Positions 25,244 through 32,000 of a stretch of 32,000 nucleotides of DNA are shown here, piece by piece. Source of the stretch: Pirellula staleyi DSM 6068 (GTDB lineage Bacteria; Planctomycetota; Planctomycetia; Pirellulales; Pirellulaceae). Position numbers and translations under genes: made by a program. Numbering within the stretch: the stretch's first letter is position 1; each line of letters opens with the position of its first letter. A model generated the notes under the pieces. The model did no database searches. It worked only from the letters and a program-made list of their open reading frames with translations, and had not been told where the DNA came from. The stretch covers positions 4,440,001 to 4,472,000 of the forward strand of contig CP001848.1 of the NCBI GenBank assembly GCA_000025185.1, given 5' to 3'.

Positions 25244-25443
25244 CTCAGTCGCATCGGTGTCAAAGTCAACGGGAAATTCTTTAATGTACGTCCGAAGCGT
25301 CTGCGGGTCGCAATCCGGGAAGCACTCATCCGAATAACCAGCTTCTACATGGGCGACATTCCGGAGCGGACATGGATCGAAACTAGCACGAACAAGAACC
25401 TTTGGCGATCAATTCGTGTCCTCCGATAGAATCGCCATGCAAT

Positions 25444-25449
25444 AAGGAG
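25444..25449 (+). promoter_or_regulatory. Shine-Dalgarno AAGGAG for the AlbA_2 gene
   Basis: aataAGGAGcacggaATG, with a 6-nt spacer to ATG 25456. Confidence 0.5.
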
Positions 25450-25455
25450 CACGGA

Positions 25456-26469
25456 ATGGCAACGTCGTTAGCACGTCAGTTCTTTGAGAAAGCAGTGGCC
25501 GGTGGCTCTGCGTTCCTGAAAAACCTGGTGACCGAGCAGCAAGTGGAAACCGAATGGCTCGACTTCAAGGGAGTGAGCCGAATGGATAACACACAGATGA
25601 GCGGCAATTGGAGTAAGTTCATCTGCGGATTCGCCAACAACGAAGGCGGCGTGGTGGTATGGGGCATCGACGCCCGCAAAGACAGCAACGGTGTCGACTG
25701 TGCTTGTGGTCTCTCGTTGTCGGCCGATCCCGCGTTACTTCGTTCCCGGTTGCAAGAGCTTCATCCGCGTGCCACCGATCCGCCTCTAAGGGGCGTTGAA
25801 TCTGTCGCCATCCACGAGACCGGTGACAGTGGGCCAGGCTTTGTCGTGTCATATGTGCCTGAAAGTGACGTGAAGCCTCACCGTGCGGAACTGATGGAGA
25901 ACAAGCCATATTACCTACGGGTTGGCGACTCGTTCCACAACCCGAGTCCATCGCTCTTGCGGAACCTGTTCTTCCCACGGTCGAGCACTAAACTCCGCGT
26001 CTCAGTGCAACCAGACTGGCAGAAAGTCAATGTGCCAATGGCAGCACCACCACCGAAGGACATGGAGGTTATTTATCGATTTCATCTTCACAACGCGGGG
26101 ATAGTGACGGCAAGGGACGTCTTTCTCATTATCGAAACGGAGCCTGAAGGGCTGGCGATTGAGACACCGTTCAAGGTGAATAAGGCCGAAACCGAATTCG
26201 GAACAGGTATTGATTTTCCCCGACCACTGCATCCGTCGAGTAATTCCCACGTTTGTGCGGTTCGTTATCGAGTAGCCGCGAGCAATCGGACGAGTTTGCC
26301 TCTAACCGCGTTCGTGCCTCAACTCACGAACTTCGCTGCGAACTTTACTATCTACGCAGCAGACATGCAGCCTTCCAAACTGCGAGTTGAAGTGGGCGAC
26401 CGGGATTTGGATTTGAAGCGGAAGAAATGGTCCTTTCCGATCCTGGAAGAGAACGGCCAACGAGCGTAA
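25456..26469 (+). CDS. AlbA_2 (Schlafen-type) domain protein with unassigned beta-rich C-terminal half
   Basis: EQQVETEWLDFKG...WSKFICGFANNEGGVVVWGIDARKD fits the AlbA_2 pattern (E..lEfK ... i.AfANt.GG.l.iGv.d). ATG 25456 is preferred over the track's TTG 25402 because of the SD. Confidence 0.7.
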   Translation: MATSLARQFFEKAVAGGSAFLKNLVTEQQVETEWLDFKGVSRMDNTQMSGNWSKFICGFANNEGGVVVWGIDARKDSNGVDCACGLSLSADPALLRSRLQELHPRATDPPLRGVESVAIHETGDSGPGFVVSYVPESDVKPHRAELMENKPYYLRVGDSFHNPSPSLLRNLFFPRSSTKLRVSVQPDWQKVNVPMAAPPPKDMEVIYRFHLHNAGIVTARDVFLIIETEPEGLAIETPFKVNKAETEFGTGIDFPRPLHPSSNSHVCAVRYRVAASNRTSLPLTAFVPQLTNFAANFTIYAADMQPSKLRVEVGDRDLDLKRKKWSFPILEENGQRA

Positions 26470-26526
26470 CAATATAGGCATCGCTTCCCATCGAGCCCGA
26501 CTCGATTGTTCGGATGCTCGACTCGT

Positions 26527-27548
26527 TCACGGACGAAAAGTCTTGGCCCTGGCCGAAGATTGGCCTGACGGCGATACCCGCAAGCAGGTAGCCGTGATGT
26601 CCCGTTCGTCGCAGAATCGGCGACCGAGTTGGTTAACGAGGATTGCGCCGTCGTCGAACAGGGCGTTCTCCGGGTGCTGCCAGGTAACTAACAGGCGGCG
26701 GATAAAAGCGTTGATGACGAACTTGGGCACGTAGGGCATCAACCAGCCCATCAGCTTCGTCGCAAGACCTCCGGTCGGCAGCAGGTTGAGAAAGGATCGA
26801 CGGGAGGGGGGAACAAAACGCAACTCGGGACCGTAGGTCACGTCCATGTTGATCAGGCGCGCCCCTGCCTACGCGGCCAGACGGCGGCCATCGCCGGTTG
26901 ATAAGGGATTGATTCCCTCGATCTCCGAGAACCGATCTCCCTTGAAATCCTTGATCAGCTCCGGCGAGTTGGCGTAGTCTCCTGCCGCGAGGACCACGCC
27001 CCGTCTTGCTTGAAACTCTTGTTCTTTCCCGGATTGAATTGCAACGACACCCACAATCCGGCGATCTTGGCAAACGAGACGCTCCACACCGGCGTTACAC
27101 AGGATCACTCCGCCGAGTTGCTGGAAGCGAGTTTGCAGAGTGGTGATGTAGGCTCGAGCGCCTGGCACGACGTTGTGCATCCTGGGCACTCGATTGGGCG
27201 GCTCTGGACTCGGGCCGTGAAAATTCACTCCCTGGCGGGTGAGCCAATGAAGCGTGTCCGCAGCATGATCCAGAAAGTACTGTCTCAACTCACGATTGTT
27301 TCTCTCTTCGATTTCGCCTGGGGCAAAAAGACCGGCGTCCACTGCGTGATCTTCAGCGGTATCCTGGATGCCCGCACGCGTCTGGAACTCCGTGCGATTT
27401 GCAGTGAACGACCCCGCCGCGATGCCGGTGGTTCCACCCAGAATTCGCTGCTTTTCAAGCAACAGTACTCGCAGGCCATGCTCAGCCGCACTGACGGCCG
27501 TCGCCAACCCGCTGCCGCCCCTCCCACGACAATGACGTCCCAGTTCAT
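26527..27548 (-). pseudogene. FAD-dependent oxidoreductase (FAD_binding_2 / flavoprotein-type), disrupted and 3'-truncated
   Basis: The N-terminus MNWDVIVVGGAAAG is in one frame, and the continuation (G)LATAVSAAEHGLRVLLLEKQRILGGTT is in another, implying a 1-nt frameshift near 27505-27512. An in-frame TAG at 26869-26871 falls inside ...STGDGRRLAA*AGARLINMDVTYGPELRF. The reading frame ends after about 340 aa with no C-terminal domain. Confidence 0.75.
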
Positions 27549-27741
27549 CGGTCCTGATCCATCCTGCAATTGGGTAAGTTGATTTGGTGTTACGCCACAG
27601 TTTGGATCGGCGACGAGTTAGCACCGACTCCCGCTGAGCTAAGGCTGACCGACAATCCGTAGCCCCACACATCTCGAACGGCAACGAGGTAAATTAGTAT
27701 CCGGCTCAGAAGTAAACTAGCCGGAGACCAAGGAGAACGCG

Positions 27742-28128
27742 TTGACGGACCGCACCCGCTGGATAGGCCTCGTCATCTTCATCGCGATCTGCCTTGGTGC
27801 GGCTGCTCTCGGAGCCATCGCAACCACGCCTGAAATTGACGGCTGGTATCGGACGATCGCGAAGCCGTCCTGGAGCCCACCCAACTGGATCTTCGGGCCA
27901 GTCTGGACCACGCTCTTCATTCTGATGGCGATCGCCGCCTGGCTCGTCTGTTGCCCGGCAGGTTTCGCGGCCGCGACGCCTCTGGCGCTGTCCGCTATGC
28001 AGCTCATCCTGACATCGCCTGGGGCCTCCACCGGCCCGGTTGGGCGTTTGCGTTGCAGATTGTCGTGGCGACGAAGGCGGGGCTCTTCCGTCGCTCCTAG
28101 GTGGCTTGGTTGGTTGCTTTTGAAGTAG
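27742..28128 (+). pseudogene. tspO: TspO/MBR family (tryptophan-rich sensory protein), frameshifted
   Basis: The TTG start has an AAGGAG SD at 27730-27735. [39 protein letters not shown] is classic TspO. After about 28005-28015 the expected continuation (..[16 protein letters not shown]..) lies in another frame and ends at TAG 28097-28099. Confidence 0.65.
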
Positions 28129-28217
28129 GGCGGAGACAACGCGCAAGCACTGTTGAACGGTGATGCGGGTAGCGAACTAACCGCGTTCGTATAAGCTAAC
28201 TGCTAAGGCTGCCAGTT

Positions 28218-28250
28218 GTCCGATAAGGGTGGTCCGAATAGTCCGATAAG
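28218..28250. repeat. Short direct repeats GTCCGATAAG / GTCCGAATA / GTCCGATAAG
   Basis: gtccgataag occurs at 28218-27 and 28241-50, with the variant gtccgaata at 28232-40. The repeats sit in a non-coding gap. Confidence 0.3.
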
Positions 28251-28400
28251 CACTCCCTCTCCGCACGTCGGAAGTGACATCTACTATTGAACTAAGTGTC
28301 TACTGCATAAAGAGATACGGGTCCCAAAGAATCGCCTTTGAAATGCGACAAAATGGACTCCTGTCCTCTCCGTTTCGCTTGAATTCCTGATTCGCCTTTG

Positions 28401-28440
28401 ACGCTAAGTTGTTTAAAATGAACAGCTTAGCGTTTTCTTT
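28401..28440 (+). terminator. Weak hairpin plus T-tract, a possible terminator
   Basis: acgctaag (28401-08) pairs with cttagcgt (28426-33) and is followed by tttcttt. The 17-nt loop makes it weak. Confidence 0.25.
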
Positions 28441-28609
28441 GCGCTGCTGGCGACGCTCCCTGGTGCAAATATGGTGCAAACTCGATGCATCAGAAGGCCA
28501 GCATGGGAAAGCGACGAAAAAGTCGCGGCCGGCAGCTGAGGCGTGATGAGAGAGCAGCGGGAAGCCAATTCATGGCTGATCGTGAAGTGGCGACGACAGC
28601 TGCTCGAGA

Positions 28610-30007
28610 TCAGGCAATGATCGGCTGGACCACTTTGCCGTGAACATCGGTCAGTCGAAAATCGCGACCGGCATGGCGGTAGGTGAGTCGCTCGTGGTCG
28701 ATGCCAAGCAGATGCAGCAAAGTGGCGTTGAAGTCGTGCGTGTGAACAGCTCCGTCGACTGGAAGAATTCCATGCTCGTCGGACGTGCCGTGCACCATCC
28801 CTCCTTTGACGCCTCCACCTGCCATCCACGACGAGAAGCAGAGGTTATGGTGCTCTCGTCCGGCATGATCGGCCACGGTGTTGAACGGAGTCCGGCCAAA
28901 CTCGGTGGTCCAGACGACAAGGGTGCGTTCGAGCATGCCACGCTGCTTCAGGTCGGTGAGGAGCCCAGCAATCGGCTGATCGATGGCTTGCGCTAGTCGC
29001 TCGTGATCTTTCATGTTGCCATGCGAATCCCAGTTGTTGCTCGAGCCGACATCGATCAGTTCGAGAAACCGTACGCCGCGCTCGGCCAAGCGACGGGCGA
29101 CGAGACATTGCCAGCCAAAGCCGCTATTGGCGCCGGGTTGTAAGCCGTAGAGCTTGAGGGTCGCTTCGGACTCCTGGGAAAGATCGAATGCTTCAGGAGC
29201 TTCGCGCTGCATGCCGAAAGCGGTCTCAAACGAACGGATACGTGCGTCGAGTGCCTGATCAGCCGCGCGCGATTCCAGATGGCTGCGGTTGAGCTTGCTC
29301 AGCAGATCGAGTTCCATCCGCTGCAATTCGGCGCTCGCCACACGGGGCTGCAAGTTGGGAAGAGGTTCGCTGCCGGGAACGACATGCGTACCCTGATGGC
29401 ATGCGGGCAAAAAATCGCTCCCCCAGGTCTGCGAACCGGCATAAGGGGCGTGTGGGGCGAGGACCATGAACGACGGCAAATTTTGGTTCTCGGTGCCGAG
29501 TCCATAGCTGACCCATGCGCCGGCGCTGGGGCGGGCGAACTGCGCCGAGCCGGTATGCGCGGCGAGAGTCGCCTTGTCGTGACCATCGCTCTCGCAGTGC
29601 ATCGCGTTGAGGATACAGACCTCGTCGATCACGCCTCCGAGATGCGGAAACAGATCGCTGACCCACGTGCCACTTTCGCCATACTGCTTGAAGGCCCACT
29701 GCGGCTTTTTGAGATAGCGTTCGAACTTGCCCGGCTTGTTTAGCCATCGCTGCGCGGTGACCTGTTTGCCATGATCGACGATGAGCTGCGGCCGGTAGTT
29801 GAACGTATCGACGTGCGAGACACCGCCGGTCGAGAACAGGAAAATCACTCGATCGGCTTTCGCCGGGAAATGTCCCGCGCGAGCAGCGAGTGGATCGGGA
29901 GTAGCGCCGCCGAGCTCGCTACAAATTCCTGCTAGTGCCAGTGCGCCAAAGCCACCTGAAGCACGCTGCAGGAATTCGCGTCGCGATAGAAAAGACGTCG
30001 AATTCAT
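28610..30007 (-). CDS. DUF1501 domain-containing protein (sulfatase-like fold) with Tat signal
   Basis: MNSTSFLSRREFLQRASGGFGALALAG contains a twin-arginine motif. DUF1501-typical blocks include VIFLFSTGGVSHVDTF, GSSNNWDSHGN and VVWTTEFGRTP. ATG 30007 is preferred over the track start at 30070. Confidence 0.85.
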   Translation of the reverse strand: MNSTSFLSRREFLQRASGGFGALALAGICSELGGATPDPLAARAGHFPAKADRVIFLFSTGGVSHVDTFNYRPQLIVDHGKQVTAQRWLNKPGKFERYLKKPQWAFKQYGESGTWVSDLFPHLGGVIDEVCILNAMHCESDGHDKATLAAHTGSAQFARPSAGAWVSYGLGTENQNLPSFMVLAPHAPYAGSQTWGSDFLPACHQGTHVVPGSEPLPNLQPRVASAELQRMELDLLSKLNRSHLESRAADQALDARIRSFETAFGMQREAPEAFDLSQESEATLKLYGLQPGANSGFGWQCLVARRLAERGVRFLELIDVGSSNNWDSHGNMKDHERLAQAIDQPIAGLLTDLKQRGMLERTLVVWTTEFGRTPFNTVADHAGREHHNLCFSSWMAGGGVKGGMVHGTSDEHGILPVDGAVHTHDFNATLLHLLGIDHERLTYRHAGRDFRLTDVHGKVVQPIIA

Positions 30008-30012
30008 GGTCT

Positions 30013-32000
30013 CTACTCCAGGTATAAAAACGCGTTGCTGGTGAGCAAAACTCGCGCAAGTGCGCCCCACACAGGAGACTCGTCGCTGTTACCTGCCAGC
30101 TTCTGGCGATAAGCCGCAACAAACTCCTGCGCTGCTGTTAATTCGGCATCCGCTGGCGGGCGACCCTGCGCTGTCTCAAACGCAAACCGGATGCGTGCCG
30201 GGTCTTCTGTTGAGGAAGCGATGATACGGCGCGCAAACAGCGTCGCTTGCTCGTGCACGAACGGGGAGTTCATCAGGAACAGGGCTTGTGGCGGTGTCGT
30301 CGTGGCATGTCGGCTGTCGACACTTTGGTTCGGATCAGCGGCGTCGAAGAGTGCGAGATAGGGATGCCGCCGATTGCGCTGCACCATCAAGTAGACGCTC
30401 CGATGATTCGACGGATAGACTGCAAAAAACGGATTGTGAATACTAAAGCGCCACGATTCGACAGCGGGAAACGGGTGCGGCTGTGGCTCCGATCGATCGA
30501 GGCCGCCACTCACCGCCAGCATCGAATCGCGGATCGATTCGGCATCGAGGCGGCGGCGCGAAAAACGCCATAGCCAGCGATTTCCCGGGTCTTTTTGCAA
30601 GTTTTCAGCGTGGTCGGCGCTCGCGAGTTGATAGGTGCGCGACAGCATGATTTGGCGATGGAGCCACTTCATCGACCAGCCCTGCACCATGAACTCCGAC
30701 GCCAAATAGTCGAGCAACTCAGGATGGCTCGGCTGCTCGCCACGGACTCCAAAATCGCTCGGCGTTGTCACCAGCCCCTGTCCAAAATGCCATTGCCAAA
30801 CGCGATTCACCAGCACCCGTGCGGTGAGCGGATTCGTGGGGCGCGTGAGCCAATCGGCTAGCTCTTTTCGGCCGCTTCCAGCATTCGCAGGAACCGTTTC
30901 CCCACCAAGCACTTCCAGGAATCGGCGCGGCACTTCGTCTCCCAAACGTTCGGGCTCGCCACGCTGCTGAATGCGCACATTCACGGGCGCAGCTTCGCTC
31001 ACGCCGTAAGCCACGTCATAAACGGGCTGCGACGCGAGTGCAGTGCGCCGCTCCGTTAGGGACTTGATCTGCGCGTCGAGCTGCTCGGGGTTCACCGCCG
31101 AACTGGCCACTTTGCGATCTGGTGCCACATCTCCCGGCTTACCAAACGGCGCGACTTGCAATCCAAGATTATCGAGATCACGCGCGGCAGCAGCACCAGC
31201 GACATGCCCAATCCCATCGCAAATGAAACAGTCGATCACTCCATCCCACTGAGCTCCGAGCTTCTTCCCTTCAAATGCCGTGGAGTCGCTCGCTGACGCA
31301 ATGATCCCTGCGTAAGTTTTCTTCGCCGGATCGATTGTCAGGCGCAAGGTGTACCATGTGCCGGGCTCGACGCGCCGAATCACTTCCCAGTCGGAGCCAC
31401 TGCGAATCGCAAACTCGGTGGGAGTCACACTACATTCGATCGCCAGCGATTCCACAACACCGCGCCCTAAGTAGAACCGATAGGCCCCTTTTTGCGTCGC
31501 CTCAGCGACGGTGCGGAAGTCGATCGTAAAATGCATCGAGCGATCGGGTGTCGCGCGAAGTTTTTCAGGGAAAACGTAGCGAATACCGTCGTGCGTTTGA
31601 CCACTCCCGACACGCACGCCTCGCGTTCCGGCACCATGCACATGGGTAAACGGACTTTGTGCCTCCGCGAGGATTTCAATCGGACCTGCGTGAAACCAAG
31701 GGTCCCCCGGAGGTTTGCCGATCGCTTGCGCTTCGAGATCGAGGTCGATTCCCCCCGCGAACCACTTGGGGTCGAGCATTTTGCGATTGAGCTCGAGCGT
31801 ACTGATTTCGCGATCGAGCTGAGCCAGCTGCTCGGCTTTTGTTTGATCGAGCTCGGCTGCCGTGGCGGGTGGAACCAGTGGTAAAAAATCGGCCGGCCGC
31901 TGATGCTCTTCACCTCCAGGAAAGGCCCATTTGGTGCTCTTGAAAATGCCGTAGATCGCGTAGTAATCGGCCGCGGAGATCGGATCGTACTTGTGGTTGT
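30013..32000 (-). CDS. DUF1549/DUF1553 (PSD1-type) protein; 5' end outside window
   Basis: The frame is open to the window edge; translating the reverse complement of 31780-32000 gives NHKYDPISAADYYAIYGIFKSTKWAFPGG... (a DUF1549 hallmark). The DUF1553 hallmark is VNRVWQWHFGQGLVTTPSDFGVRGEQPSHPELLDYLASEF. The gene lies 5 nt upstream of the DUF1501 gene, which is the typical pairing. Confidence 0.85.
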   Translation of the reverse strand, partial: NHKYDPISAADYYAIYGIFKSTKWAFPGGEEHQRPADFLPLVPPATAAELDQTKAEQLAQLDREISTLELNRKMLDPKWFAGGIDLDLEAQAIGKPPGDPWFHAGPIEILAEAQSPFTHVHGAGTRGVRVGSGQTHDGIRYVFPEKLRATPDRSMHFTIDFRTVAEATQKGAYRFYLGRGVVESLAIECSVTPTEFAIRSGSDWEVIRRVEPGTWYTLRLTIDPAKKTYAGIIASASDSTAFEGKKLGAQWDGVIDCFICDGIGHVAGAAAARDLDNLGLQVAPFGKPGDVAPDRKVASSAVNPEQLDAQIKSLTERRTALASQPVYDVAYGVSEAAPVNVRIQQRGEPERLGDEVPRRFLEVLGGETVPANAGSGRKELADWLTRPTNPLTARVLVNRVWQWHFGQGLVTTPSDFGVRGEQPSHPELLDYLASEFMVQGWSMKWLHRQIMLSRTYQLASADHAENLQKDPGNRWLWRFSRRRLDAESIRDSMLAVSGGLDRSEPQPHPFPAVESWRFSIHNPFFAVYPSNHRSVYLMVQRNRRHPYLALFDAADPNQSVDSRHATTTPPQALFLMNSPFVHEQATLFARRIIASSTEDPARIRFAFETAQGRPPADAELTAAQEFVAAYRQKLAGNSDESPVWGALARVLLTSNAFLYLE

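Noticed and set aside
25402-25455. The TTG-initiated 18-codon extension of the AlbA_2 ORF, and the 21-codon extension of DUF1501 at 30008-30070.
   Set aside because: The internal ATGs are better supported. ATG 25456 has an AAGGAG SD. ATG 30007 places the twin-arginine signal at the N-terminus.
24758-26871. In-frame TAG (24758-24760, 26869-26871) and TGA (about 25409-25411) read as stop-codon reassignment or programmed readthrough.
   Set aside because: TAG and TGA terminate well-supported intact genes in the same window (TAG at 21842, TGA at 4849, 6879, 11178, 13304 and 15762). The affected genes also carry frameshifts, so pseudogenisation is the simpler reading.
1-32000. CRISPR arrays, tRNA or rRNA genes, and integrase or att sites.
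   Set aside because: I saw no regularly spaced repeats, no cloverleaf-like or rRNA-like sequence, and no integrase-like ORF. The left island boundary lies outside the window.

Overview
This is a defence-island segment of a high-GC bacterial genome. The host is probably Planctomycetota, inferred only from the DUF1501 + DUF1549/DUF1553 gene pair at 28.6-32 kb. All calls rest on motif reading by eye; no searches were run.

Nt 2-14605 (+ strand) hold six tightly packed genes:
- a >1,600-aa Eco57I/type IIG-like N6-adenine DNA methyltransferase whose 5' end lies off-window
- an SMC-like coiled-coil ABC ATPase
- a DUF4365-type PD-(D/E)xK nuclease-fold protein (these first three are joined by ATGA stop/start overlaps)
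- a reverse transcriptase-nitrilase fusion (DRT1/UG1-like)
- a 660-aa catalytically dead Argonaute
- an overlapping stand-alone SIR2 gene

Downstream features, in order:
- A 777-bp internally deleted IS66-family remnant (14985-15761) separates this array from the next gene.
- A convergent 1,605-aa STAND NTPase carries an N-terminal Cap4-like nuclease (Avs-like).
- A lower-GC minus-strand cassette has two adjacent HEPN (R-N-x3-H) proteins.
- A decayed RecU/Hjc-like region follows, then an AlbA_2/Schlafen-type protein.
- Two broken host genes come next: an FAD oxidoreductase with a frameshift, an in-frame TAG and a 3' truncation, and a frameshifted TspO.
- The window ends with the DUF1501 and DUF1549/1553 pair.

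No rRNA, tRNA or CRISPR array was seen.

Best candidates for something undescribed:
- the dead-pAgo + free SIR2 pair, which has a non-canonical domain partition
- its immediate co-oriented neighbour, the RT-nitrilase
- the translationally coupled methyltransferase / ABC ATPase / DUF4365 triad
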